Part shown: positions 46,256 to 59,719 of the stretch, piece by piece
How positions within the stretch are numbered: position 1 is the first letter of the stretch
Layout of the letters: each line of letters starts with the position of its first letter
Assembly (NCBI GenBank): GCA_964016885.1
Contig: OZ024750.1
Span: 31,930,001 to 31,994,000 of the forward strand
From: Eledone cirrhosa
Lineage: Eukaryota
Length of the DNA stretch: 64,000 bases
Direction: 5' to 3'
Notes under the pieces: model-generated
Told to the model about the DNA's origin: nothing
Database searches by the model: none
The model's input: the letters and a program-made list of their open reading frames with translations, nothing else
Translations under genes and position numbers: made by a program

Positions 46256-48678
46256 GAAGGATGTTTGTATTCCCTTGCGATTTTGATTCCGTTTTGCTAG
46301 TTGCTAGCTTAACGATATTAAATATTTAGAAAGTGGCACAAACGTTTCTGACTACAAAATCGTATATGGCGGCACATTGTATACCCATAGTTTTCTTCTG
46401 TATTTCTTACTTTTACCTTCCATTCAATTTAGAGCAAATATAAAGAGGGATTTCTTGCAACCTATAATAGACGTCGGATCTCCCCATGCAGGGAATATAG
46501 CATCACGTGTGTCCACGACAATGAAATATTACCATTGCTATATTTTCATGAATCAGAAAATAAAGAATAAACGGGGTCAGTAATTCGCCGTCGTACGCTG
46601 AAGTACAATTGGTACCTTGGAGGTGAGGTCTTGCTTTTGATAAACTATTGTTACTGATACATAAAATGAGGAATTGACAACAGATGGAGTATCTTTAATA
46701 ATTCGTTTGTCAGCTCAAACATGACGTGGGGTGGAATAGCAACATCAAAACCACAATAACATAAACATCTTGTTTTATTATCAGAGACTATGGCAACTTT
46801 AAATTAACTGTGTATATTTTAATCAACTCGAAGTATGAAAACAAACAAGGATCTTTATTATCATGATTAAATACAAATAGAAAATATCATCCAGATATGC
46901 TTAAGTCCAAGGGCCTTTGGTATTTGCAAGTGAAAGATGAATTTATGATAGTTAATGAAGTAGAACAAAGAGGAACCGTAATACTATATCAATATTATTC
47001 CCGGTTTTTGTTCCACTTAAAGCCTGCTCCGTTAAATATAGTAACTAACGGAACTAATAATATTTTATCTTCCATCCACTTCCATTTAACATTATATTTG
47101 CCAATTGTAGTAATATTAATTTTATAATGTAGTAGATATCAAGTTTAAAGATCAATGATTTATTACCAATCAGACGACAGAGTTTTGACATCATAACCCA
47201 AAACCCATAATTATGGTGATTCCCTCTCCAGTTCAAATATGAACCAGGGATATTTTTAACGACAGAGGTTAAGTATGTTCACGAATCAACGGGGTTTGTA
47301 AAAGTCTACAGTTTTAGTTCTCATTAAATTAACATAGATATTTATTATCGGACTTAAAGTACACTATTATATATATATATATATATATATATGGAAGGGA
47401 AAAATCGATAATTATGTGTGCTTGGATTATATCGTATAGGTGACAATAAATCTTCGATTTCTCTACTACATTATCAAAATTGGCAACTGCTATGTTAAAT
47501 GAGAATAGATAGTAAATAAAATTATTAGTCTAGTGACCGTATGTATATATATATATATATAACATTTTTGACGCACTGGAATTAGACATATTGTCTTTAA
47601 TGGGTTGAAATGTCCGTGATCTCCATTTTAAAATAAACTTTATCAAGTAACCACACACCTCCCTATTTATTGCAATATATATATATATATAAGAAAATTA
47701 ACAATGAGAGGACAGTACAACAAACGGAAACAAAAGAAAACGATAAACAATTTTTAAGGGAAATACTTTTAAAATATTTTTTCTTTAAATACAAATAAAT
47801 ACAAACGAAGCACATAGAACTCCAAGGTCATCGGCCGTTCAGATGGACTTTGGCAGTTTCGACCACTTTCAACGGTACTGCAGGACTACTAGGCATTACA
47901 GCGTCTGCCATAAGTCAAACGTTGTCCTGATATATTAACTAAACTAATACATATCGTGTATTAAGTGTGTAAATATGTTCCTATTGCTTCACCAGTTCGA
48001 GCACTCAAAGGTAATATGGGTTAAGCTGATGCTGTGGTATTCGACGTTTGATATTACTTCGTAGTCGGTATCCTCAAGAAGCAGAGTGTTTATGATAATG
48101 GTTTGAAGACCAGCAATGTTGGGGGAGGGGAAAGTTTATTATACCGACCCCAGTGCGTGAATGGTACTTTATTTTATCTACCCTGTAAAGATGAAAAGCA
48201 AAGCTTACCTCAGCGTGATTGAAGCCAGAACGTATAATAATCTAAACTATAATAAAGTAAGGAGGGCGGGACTGCGTACGGTTTATAATATTTTATTCCA
48301 TTAGTAAAATAAGTTGGATTACTTTGAATAAATAATGAATGAATATTACATAATTTATCTACTAAATTTCGTGGCTGTTTATTAAATATATTTTATGTTT
48401 ATTTAACGATTCACTTCTTTAAAATTTCTGAAATGTCAACACTTTCAGTTGGCCATCGCTTAAATAAACATACTAATTTCCCGTCACTAATTTTCTCCTA
48501 ATGCAGTTTATATATAATATCGTCTTTTTTAATGTATCATGGATTACGTTACTGATTAAATAAGACAGTGTAACGCAGTCTTCATTCAATTTCTGTGGAT
48601 ATTGTCAATTACGATTTTATTTGATCATATCTACATGCATATATACCTGCGTATAATATCAATATACACACTACACAT

Positions 48679-48717
48679 GCTAGCAGAAAACCACCTGATG
48701 GGTGGTTTTTCTGCTAG
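48679..48717. repeat. Short near-perfect hairpin
   Basis: ctagcagaaaaccacc-tgatg-ggtggtttttctgctag. Confidence 0.75.
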
Positions 48718-49099
48718 TAATTATAATGACTGTATGGACTGAGGGCAAATATTGCCGTTTTGGCACGTATTCAGATAACCAGACTCTTCATTCCACCTCA
48801 TAAACGACGTTTCTACAACATAATCTTGACCGACATGTGAATGAATATTTAATACTTAAGTATATTTTACATACTCTATATTTTGGCTAAGTGGGGTGAG
48901 GTCATGTTATTCTAGAGTCTCAGCTGATTGCGTATTAGAAATTTCAGATTAAAAGGACAAATTATTTAGCCATGTGAGCAAGAATGTGAAAGTCCAGTGT
49001 AATAAGTCTCACTATTTAGACATAATGAAATGAATATATATATATATATAATATTACTTCAAAATATTAATAAATATAGACATTCATGTGATAAAAATA

Positions 49100-49165
49100 T
49101 ATTTTATTATACATATTTCAGAGGTACTGAGCTATTTCAACAGTACGTCCTCATCAGATAAAATA
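49100..49165 (-). ncRNA. Type I hammerhead ribozyme motif (best H1 copy)
   Basis: Reverse strand: tattttat-CTGATGA-ggacgtactg...cagtacctct-GAAA-tatgta-TA-ataaaata; perfect 8-bp stem I. Confidence 0.85.
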
Positions 49166-49420
49166 AGTTGATGCCTGACATACCTTGATGGTTATAATTT
49201 AGTCATGGCAGTGATTAGTTATGACAAAACTCGATATTTAAATTGAAACATGAACAATTACATATAATACAGAGGGTGCGTATGAGAATGTGTAAATAGA
49301 TATATAAATAATTAATTGTTTCTACTATTGGCACAAGGCCAGCAATTACCCAGTACATTACTGGTACTTCATTTTATCGACCCCGTAAGGATGAAAGGCA
49401 AAGTAAACCTCGGCGGGATT

Positions 49421-49451
<31 letters not shown>

Positions 49452-49455
<4 letters not shown>

Positions 49456-49596
49456 GTAGAACACTGGAAGATAATATCCGCAGTGGTAGACCACGCAGTC
49501 CATGGGACGAGTTAGGTAGAAGTGGTTAACTGACGATCCGCTAAGGTGAATCAATTGTTCTCGGTATGGTGAACTAACTGTTGTGTAACTACTTAT
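49452..49596. mobile_element. Mini-insertion of the ends of the 25470-28218 PLE family
   Basis: 49452-49527 resembles 25471-25548; 49528-49575 (CTGACGAtcc...ggtGAAtCaattg...atggtgaact) resembles 28168-28215. Confidence 0.65.
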
Positions 49597-49656
49597 ATAT
49601 ATATATGTGTGTGTTTGTCTGTATATATATATATACAGACAAACACACACACACAC

Positions 49657-49747
<91 letters not shown>

Positions 49748-49753
<6 letters not shown>

Positions 49754-49938
49754 TTAAAAATTAAAAATATATGATCAACACTACTGTGTTTTTTTTTGCA
49801 AAATGACAATAATTTTCTAGCCAAAAAACACAGTAGTGTTGATCATATATTTTTTAATTTTTAAATTGTAATGTAATGCTCAGAAGTATTTTTCTTAGAG
49901 CTTAATATTTGCAACTGACTACTAAACTGAAATACATC
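49748..49938. mobile_element. Inverted-arm mini-element in (TA)n, no HHR retained
   Basis: Arms about 49748-49798 and 49824-49870, followed by a single-copy tail. Confidence 0.6.
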
Positions 49939-50046
49939 TATATATATACATTTTTAGCTGTCGAGACAACCGCAGCTCAGCCGTCGGGGTCCTAACTCTT
50001 TTCCCTATTACCCACACCTTCTTTATATATATATATATACAGACAA

Positions 50047-50191
<145 letters not shown>

Positions 50192-50319
50192 TGCATATGT
50201 ATATAAAATGTTTCCTGAAGACGTGCATGGAGTACTTGCCTGAATTGTGGTCTCCCCAGTCCCCAGACACTCGCTATCTCCCTCTCTCTCTCCCTCTCTC
50301 TCTCTATATATATATATAT

Positions 50320-50963
<644 letters not shown>

Positions 50964-51437
50964 CATGATGTACTACATAATTATAATTATTCTCCGGAGT
51001 AAACAGACCTACTTCTGTACTTTGTAGCGTGCTAATCCTGCATACAATAGTGTCGGTGATTAACTAAAACAGCTTGTGCTTAACACACACACATAGACAC
51101 ATATACATGTATATATATATATATACACGCACACACATATATATATATTTACAAAAATAATATAAAAAAGATATAAATAAAATTAAACACAGCTGAAAAT
51201 AGAGTAATTTATCATAAAAGCAATACAAAATGCTATGTTTCATACCCATTTGAAAGAATTTTTCCAGAACCCTGACGTGTTAAAAACAATTAAACTAGAA
51301 ACAAATTATTCATTAAAATAGACACCAAATACAATTAATACATGCTGATTTACGGACGTTATATATATATATAACGTCCGTAAATCAGCATGTATTAATT
51401 GTATTAGATATATATTTTAATGAATACTTTGCTTTTA

Positions 51438-51469
<32 letters not shown>

Positions 51470-51472
<3 letters not shown>

Positions 51473-51861
51473 TGAAAAATTGAAGAATAACATGGTCAAC
51501 AGTAGAAAAAAAGGAATTTATTTACAGTCTGACAATTGTTTCACTGATTAAGTTGTCTAAAAATTGCTGAACACTAGAAGCAGTTCCACTCAATTTAAAA
51601 TACAATGTTAGCTTTATCAGATCATCAGAGACGACTAGAATATCCGTTATAATAACTTAATCAGTGAAACAATTGTCAGACTGTAAATAAATTACTTCTT
51701 TTGTACTGTTGACCATGTCATTCTTCACTTTTTCAATTTTATTACTCCAAGATAAACTTACTTAGGAATACAAATGAAATCCTAAACTCGCTACCTACGC
51801 AATCCTCTTGTTGAGTCAAACAACGCAGTACGCTAAAACTATCCATAATACGAAGTATTCT
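51470..51861. mobile_element. HHR-bearing inverted-arm mini-element (family H2)
   Basis: Arms about 51472-51553 and 51654-51735, then a tail to (TA)n. Confidence 0.75.
51527..51632 (-). ncRNA. Type I hammerhead motif with long stem II loop
   Basis: Reverse strand: gtct-CTGATGA-tctgataaag...cttaatcagt-GAAAC-aatt-GTC-agac. Confidence 0.75.
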
Positions 51862-51883
51862 ATATATATATATATATATATAT

Positions 51884-51984
51884 AGGAAAAGAGTCAAGAC
51901 CCCGGCAGCAGAGCTCAAGCCATTTCTGGACTCCAGAAATAGCCGTCGAAACGGCTTGAGCTCTGCCGTCGGGGTCTTGACTAT

Positions 51985-52030
<46 letters not shown>

Positions 52031-52247
52031 GACTATATATATATGACTATATATTTATTTTCCTATTACCCACTCTACTACCCAAAGTATCGAGTACTCT
52101 GGTGCGTTATGGTCCACCTGGTTCCTTACCACACTTCCTTCGTTATATATATATATATATATAACGAAGGAAATGTGGTAAGGAACCAGGTGGACCATAA
52201 CGCACCAAAGTACTCAATACTTAGAGTAGTAGAGTGGGTAATTTGTT

Positions 52248-52250
<3 letters not shown>
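51884..52250. mobile_element. Cluster of GAAACGGC-family PLE ends
   Basis: Arms 51884-51925 and 51947-51988; tail 52057-52145 and its inverted copy 52162-52240 facing across a short (TA)n. Confidence 0.7.
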
Positions 52251-52310
<60 letters not shown>

Positions 52311-52314
<4 letters not shown>

Positions 52315-52595
52315 AGAACAAAAGATGGTTAAAAGAGTTCCATGTATTTTATTATGCGCATTTCAAAAACAAATATCATCATGCAATAATATTTGTGTTT
52401 TCATCAGATAAAACAGGAAGACATGATATGAAGGTTAAAAAACACTTGTGGATAGTGCTGTTTTAAATCAACATATCAACTCTTTTAACCATCTTTTGTT
52501 CTTATATATTATATATACTCCAGTCCTACAAACTGTAGAGTGCTTCTTATCCGATATCTGCATTGCTTTATTGTACTACAATAAAACTCACCTCC

Positions 52596-52598
<3 letters not shown>
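52311..52598. mobile_element. HHR-bearing inverted-arm mini-element (family H3)
   Basis: Arms 52311-52339 and 52478-52507, tail with tactc...gagtg hairpin, (TA)n on both sides. Confidence 0.75.
52347..52413 (-). ncRNA. Type I hammerhead ribozyme motif
   Basis: Reverse strand: ttttat-CTGATGA-aaacacaaatatt...gatatttgttttt-GAAA-tgcgca-TA-ataaaa. Confidence 0.85.
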
Positions 52599-52650
<52 letters not shown>

Positions 52651-52774
52651 AGGGGGAGGGGGGCAAGAGCTTGGTAGTATTTGTTAGTATTTACTAGTAT
52701 CGGGTTTTGTATATTGTATATAATTATGTTCATTTCACGTCCAAGAAGGTGAGAACACCGTCGTCTTAATAATC

Positions 52775-53340
52775 AATATCATCATTATCACCATAAGCCT
52801 CAGTACTAACATCAACACCACCACCACCACCAACACTATTGTACTCATAACCTCCAATACTAACATCAACACCACCACCACCACCATTGTACTCATAACC
52901 TCCAATACTAACATCACCACCACCACCACCACCATTGTACTCATAACCTCCAATACTAACATCACCACCACCACCACCAACAACACTATTGTACTCATAA
53001 CCTCCAATACTAACATCACCACCACCACCACCAACAACACTATTGTACTCATAACCTCCAATACTAACATCACCACCACCACCACCACCAACACTATTGT
53101 ACTCATAACCTCCAATACTAACATCACCACCACCACCAACAACATCATTTTCCTCATCATCGTTATCATCAACATTATCATCATTATCATCAACATTATC
53201 ATTGTCACGACCTCTACCACTAACAGTGTCACCGCCATTATCATCATCATAATCATTATCATCATTATCACGATCATCGTCATCATCACCATCACCCACG
53301 TCGTCATCCTCAACATGAACATCATCATCATCATCAACAT
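52775..53340. repeat. Minisatellite (about 6 units of 45-54 bp) within a (CAT/CAC)n tract
   Basis: Repeated (cac)n...attgtactcataacctccaatactaacat at 52800-53140. Confidence 0.9.
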
Positions 53341-55414
53341 TGCTTTATTAAACTCACTTGTGTATATGACATATATATATAAATACATATATCCAATAAG
53401 AATTATGTTTATACCCGCACATAATTTGGGGATACACATTATATCTACGAGCAAAGAATGATAATTCTAGAAGTTGAAACTGAATACATTATAGAACTTA
53501 AAGAATGTTAAATCAATAGGTTAACCCCCCTTATTGTCCGAAGCCTGATTATGGTTTCTGATTCAGGCACAAAGCCAACAATTTTGGGGGGAAGGGGAAG
53601 ATAGATCCTAGTGTATTACTGGTACTTTATTTGATCGACCCAGTAAGGATGAAGGCAAAGCTAACCTCAACAGCATTTGAACCAACAATATTTTTTAGGG
53701 GGTGGGGGCGATTAAATCGACTCCAGTGCGTCACTGGTACTTTATTTCATTGACCCACTAAAGATGAAAGGCATAGCTACTCTAAACGGCATTTGAACTC
53801 AGAACGTAAAGGGGTTTAACTATATGCCGCAAAGCTTCTTATCCGATACTTTACTGATACTGCCAATCCACCGCGTTAAGAAGTCTAATATAATGGAATT
53901 AATGTTTACAAAACAACAGTTTAATGTTTAGCTGATAACCTTGCCAGAATTTAATAAATGTTTATCATTCGAAATCCTTCTCAATTAATTTAAATTACAT
54001 CTTCTGTCACCTGACTTCATGAGTATTTGGAGTTTGTTTTTAACGTCAACTTTCTTAATCACTGTTTCTGTTCCAATTATTGTGATAATTTTGGCTTTCT
54101 ATGTTTAAGAACATTAATATATGAATATTTATTAGTTACCCTGAATAAGCGATGTAAAATTTTAAAAAGAAAAGAATATAATGCTGCATTATCATATTTA
54201 TCTCATTAAAATCAAAATGTTATTACTTTTTTTTCTTTGTGATAATTCCTATCTTTATGAAAGGCTCTGTCATGTCAGTGATGCTGTCTTATATATTTGG
54301 CGAAATAAATCCTTGTGTTGATTTAACATATCGATTGGAACTTTTTAAAATAACTTCAAGAAAATCCTGAATACCAAGCTTTACTCTAACTTTCTCCATC
54401 ATTCTTCTATCCCTTCTATACTTAACCGAGAAATGTCAGTCAATTATAAAATTGTTAAATGTGGCTGAAAAAAACAACCTACGTCTAATTTTGATTTCTG
54501 GCGCGATTTATCTTAATACAACTTCTGTCCTCGTGAGTATAACAATATTGAAGGGTAATAAGTTCCAGTATTTCCTGCATTACTTCAGCTGTAGTCTCTA
54601 TTTTTGCCTGAACTTTTTCATGTTTTTCACTTCTTAATTTTAATTTGGTTGTTAAACATAACAGTTTTCATTTAATATTTATTCTTTCCGTTCGTTGGGA
54701 TATGGCAGGAGTAAATTGAAATCTCTATCTTCGAAAATATTTTCAGCTTTTAGTGATGTAAGCAAAGTGCGTAAACTACAAATATTTTTATTTTGATATT
54801 CGTAGCAATTGAAATTTCCTTTCCTAATCAAACAATCATTATTTACATAGACTGGCAATTTCCGTGGGGTAGCTTTGAAATGTTGGCCATTGATTATCTT
54901 CAAGTATCACGAATATAGAAGAATAGTGATAGACGTCAGGCTAAGTAAATTGTTGCATACAGAAATGCAACAAAGCACGTGTGTACATATAAATGATCTT
55001 GCCCTCAACTTCATATAGTAGCGCAAAAGTATGATACCTATATGTTACAGTGCTTTCGTTCCCATTGTATTTATTGTAAGTGTTTCGATTATTTGGGAAG
55101 AAAATATATTTGCTATGGCGCAAGAAACGTTTAATATGCGATTCGAAATATGGATCTTAGAAAGACATTGTAAATGAAAGGGAACATTGGTTATGAAATG
55201 AGCTACAGAAACTGGGAAAGAAATCTGCTGTTATTTTCTAACATAGACTCTGCAGTTACTGCCAGTCAATCGATCAAAGTATAATTGCCATATACACAAC
55301 GTTATTTCATCATTCGTTTTGAATATTGAATCTATACAAACAGTTAAAAATCATGTTTTACAATATATTGCGGGTGTGTACATACGTTTGTTATTGATGA
55401 AAACTGAACATACA

Positions 55415-55473
<59 letters not shown>

Positions 55474-56167
55474 CAAATTTTCCTGAACGTAAATTTTTTA
55501 TAAGTGAAAAAGTATCAAGTTTATAATTTCAAAATTGTTATTAATGGTTATATAATCAACAGAACTTTACCTAAAAGTTAGGTCTTAAAATTTAAGTTGT
55601 TGTTATGAATTATTTCTGTTTTATTTGTCTTTATCAATCTTTTTGTCTTTCATAAACATTTATCATAACGTAATCTTTTGTGTGGCATATCTTGCTTTTT
55701 ATTGAAATATATAACAAAGAAAAAAACGAACAAAGGATTCCAGATTATTTGTTTGTGAAAGAATCCTCAATAAATGTTATCTAAACATTTAAATAAGAAA
55801 ATGGTGAGTCATATGATGGCAAAATACGATCTTCATACGAGCTCAGATTTCAAACTACTTTATTCATATCACTAATGCCTTCAGCAAACATCAAATAACC
55901 AATCTTCATTATAATTATATACAAAGGTAAATTTGAAGCATTCCGCCTTCTTAGATATCATTATATTTCATAAACATTTAACTTAAAATATACGTAATAT
56001 GGATGTTATTTTTATTGATAACAATAACAAAATACTTTAGTATTAAACCATTTTATAAATGCATTAGTGTAGATATTACAAACTTTCTCGTATGCATATA
56101 ATCATATATATGTACACAAACACGTCTCACTCCCTCTCTCTCTAGTCCTTTATACACATGTATAAAC

Positions 56168-56232
<65 letters not shown>

Positions 56233-56372
56233 TATATATATATATATATATTTACATATATATACATATATATTTACATATATATACATATATACATACA
56301 TATATATATATGTATATATATGTATATATATACACCCACACACACGCACACACACACACACATACACACACG

Positions 56373-56410
<38 letters not shown>

Positions 56411-56433
56411 CGTACACATACATATGTATATAC

Positions 56434-56486
<53 letters not shown>

Positions 56487-56670
56487 GATAAATCTACCAA
56501 GAGTTTACGGTAGTGTCCAATCCGTATGAAGAACTCAATGTATTCCGGATATCATGGAAAGAAGAGATGCGATGAAAATCCACTTTCGGTGAAAGACAAA
56601 CGGTATACAGAGTCAAGATAAAATATTAAACAAATAATGAATAAACAATTCCTTATATTAAACAAAAAAA

Positions 56671-56825
56671 TTCATTATTTAACGATCGTTTCTAGGGTAT
56701 ACATGTGTTATAATTGGTATGCATATTCAACAGATCTATGTACAAAATTATACAAAATTATACAAATTATAAAGATTAAATATACATACCTAACACATAT
56801 ATACGCCGTCTTCAGAAATAATGAA
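56671..56825 (-). ncRNA. Type I hammerhead motif in the inverted pLTR
   Basis: Reverse complement of 62810-62964. Confidence 0.75.
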
Positions 56826-56911
56826 ATATATTTATTGATAATAACAACAATTCAAAATATCAGTTCAAAATTGACCAATGAAAACACAAAGGGTTAAAAG
56901 CAGTTCGGTGT

Positions 56912-59143
56912 GTGTATATACATGTAAAATCCTTACACATATTTTACAAAAATGTGTGTATAATTTGTATACGCATACTAAAAAGATGGATGCAAACACA
57001 AAATTTCAAGGTTAATATCTCTAAAAAAATCCATGTCCACTCGGACAAAACTGGTAACTTGTATCATATGGATATTGAACATTATAATGAGTTCATATAT
57101 AAAGAACTCAGAAAAAATTATAAAAAATCTAATAATGTGTCACTCACCAACATCAACAACAAAACACACAACATAGTAAAAAAACTAAACATTGAAGATA
57201 GAACTGAACCTTTGGCATTGAAAAGACCACACTTCAACCTGAAAGATCACAAATCTAACTTTAACTCTAATCCTTCTATTAGACTTATATGTCCCTCCAA
57301 ATCAGATATTGGAATAATTAGCAAAAAAATTTTAGATAGAGTCATCCCACAAATAAGAAAACACGTTATTTTACCACTCTGGGAAAACACCTCCCAGGTA
57401 ATTAACTGGTTTAAAAATATTAGGTGTAAATCTTCTGCTTCTTTCCTACAATTTGATATAGATAATTACTATTCTTCTATATCACCTATACTCCTGAACA
57501 AAGCATTAATATTTGCTAAAAATAGATCTAATTTAACTTCGGATGACATTAACATTATTACACATGCTAGACTAACACTTATTGAATTTCAGAATGAATA
57601 CTGGACCAGAAACACATACAGTAATCTTTTTGATATTACTATGGGTTCAAGCGATTCCGCCCAAATTACTGATCTTGTGGGCCTCTTTCTCCTTTTCAAC
57701 ATAAATGCCTCTTTTCCCCACCTCAAAGGTGGTTTATATCGTGATGACTGTCTTCTTCTTTCTAACAACCTTAGCCTTTCAGAAATCGAAAAAAACAAAA
57801 AACATATTAGAACTTTCCTTAAAGACTATTATAATCTTAATATTACTTTTGAAAAAACAAGTAAAGTAGTAAATTTCCTAGATATAACTTTAGATTTAGC
57901 TACGGGTATATACCAACCTTACCATAAACCTAACCAAAACTTACATTACATACACTCACAATCTAATCACCCTAAATCTATCCTTAAAAACCTTGCATAT
58001 AATATATCACTTAGAATTTCTAACCTTTCTTCTAACCAAGATGTATTTGATAAAAATGCGACCTTTTATAATGAAGCTCTAGATAGAAGTGGCCACAAAA
58101 ATAGATTAGAGTATATACCTTCTACTAAAAATACTGAAAGCATACAGCATAATATTACCAACAAACACCAAATGAAAAGTACACACCTAAATGCCACCCA
58201 CAATATACCCCAAAATACTAAATCTTCTAATATAAAGTATAGTAACCCTCAAAAAACTACTCATCATACAACTATAATAAATATTAATAATAAAACTCCT
58301 AATAAAAAAGATAAAACACCTAAATCTACAAATATAACTAAAAATAGTTGTGGTGAGATCATTAACATTAATCCTCCTAGTAAAAATCATGATACAACCT
58401 ATAAAAATAATAAAAATAATAAACAACATAGAAACCGTAATAGACGAGTTACTTGGTATAATGCTCCTTTTAATTTACAAGTTAAGGATAATATTGCTAA
58501 AAAATTTTTTTATATCCTTGAGAAAAACTTCCCGCCAAACCACAAATACCATCAAATCTTAAATAGGTCTACAGTTAAATTCTCATACTCTACAACAAAT
58601 AACATAAAACAAAATATAAGTGCATATAATGCATATAAATGTAAGAAAACCATAAGTATACCACCAGTACATCAAATTAACAATAATATCTCCTCAAATA
58701 CAGAATTAACGAAAGGATGTAACTGTAGAAACAAAACAAACTGCCCATTAAAAGGGAATTGTCTTGTTAACAACATAGTCTATAAATGTAATGTTAAAAC
58801 TAAAGATTCTATTTGCTCATATATAGGAGCTACCTCTAACAATTTTAAGACAAGGTTTAATACCCACAAGCATAGTTTTAAAAATGCCGCACTGGCTAAT
58901 ACAACATCTCTAGCAGAAAAAATCAATAGTTATAAAAATAAGAATATAAAATATGATTTGACCTGGAGTGTGCTCAAAAGAGCCACCCCTTATCAAAATA
59001 ATAGAAAGGAATGTAGATTATGTTCCCAAGAACTATTTGAAATAATGAAGTCTAAGGATATCTTATTAAATAAACGACAGGAATTAATTATATCGTGTAA
59101 TCATAAACTAAAAAAAACATTTAAATATTATAAACCTAATTAA
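56912..59143 (+). CDS. PLE reverse transcriptase + C-terminal GIY-YIG endonuclease (probably Nematis-type), N-terminally truncated
   Basis: Motifs SDKTGNLY, LKDHK...PSIRLI, QFDIDNYY, ITMGS, GLYRDD, NFLDITL, SNHP, CNCR...CPL.G.C, IVY...YIGAT...FKTRF..HKHSF, CRLC..E, LNKR.E....C.H; no internal stops. The first about 37 codons come from the inverted pLTR. Confidence 0.93.
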   Translation: MYIHVKSLHIFYKNVCIICIRILKRWMQTQNFKVNISKKIHVHSDKTGNLYHMDIEHYNEFIYKELRKNYKKSNNVSLTNINNKTHNIVKKLNIEDRTEPLALKRPHFNLKDHKSNFNSNPSIRLICPSKSDIGIISKKILDRVIPQIRKHVILPLWENTSQVINWFKNIRCKSSASFLQFDIDNYYSSISPILLNKALIFAKNRSNLTSDDINIITHARLTLIEFQNEYWTRNTYSNLFDITMGSSDSAQITDLVGLFLLFNINASFPHLKGGLYRDDCLLLSNNLSLSEIEKNKKHIRTFLKDYYNLNITFEKTSKVVNFLDITLDLATGIYQPYHKPNQNLHYIHSQSNHPKSILKNLAYNISLRISNLSSNQDVFDKNATFYNEALDRSGHKNRLEYIPSTKNTESIQHNITNKHQMKSTHLNATHNIPQNTKSSNIKYSNPQKTTHHTTIININNKTPNKKDKTPKSTNITKNSCGEIININPPSKNHDTTYKNNKNNKQHRNRNRRVTWYNAPFNLQVKDNIAKKFFYILEKNFPPNHKYHQILNRSTVKFSYSTTNNIKQNISAYNAYKCKKTISIPPVHQINNNISSNTELTKGCNCRNKTNCPLKGNCLVNNIVYKCNVKTKDSICSYIGATSNNFKTRFNTHKHSFKNAALANTTSLAEKINSYKNKNIKYDLTWSVLKRATPYQNNRKECRLCSQELFEIMKSKDILLNKRQELIISCNHKLKKTFKYYKPN

Positions 59144-59599
59144 TAACATTATTCTAGAAATTAATTTAATTTAAATGTTAGTTAACCTATAAATTTAATT
59201 TAATTAATACTTTATTACAGATGAGAAAATATTATGTAATCATAAATTGTGAAAAACCTTTAAATATTACTAATATATACTTAGTAATTTAATTTATAGA
59301 TTAATTTTAATTTATTTAAACCTTTTATTATAATTCTTTTACAGATAAAATATAGCAAAATAATATCATGTTTCCAATGACGGAGAAATAATTTTTAGTA
59401 TTATAGACATAATTAATATACATTTTGGAAATATATTTATTATTTGGTTTTAGTTTTAATCAACCTAAAAATTTTAATTTTAATTTGCTTAAAATTAGTA
59501 TCCTTATACAGACGAATTGCAGAATGTCATGTAATCATAGAATGGGATGTGTTTTGGATATATACCTAGTTAATATATTCTGTGCAATTTTTTGAAAAA

Positions 59600-59678
59600 G
59601 ATATGTATATGTATATGTGTATGTATATGTGTGTGTTGTGTATGTGTATCTGTATGTATGTATGTATGTGTATATGTG

Positions 59679-59719
<41 letters not shown>

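Noticed and set aside
56637-56897. 86-aa ORF duplicated at 62738-62998
   Set aside because: Antisense reading of the HHR-containing pLTR; the duplication reflects the inverted repeat.
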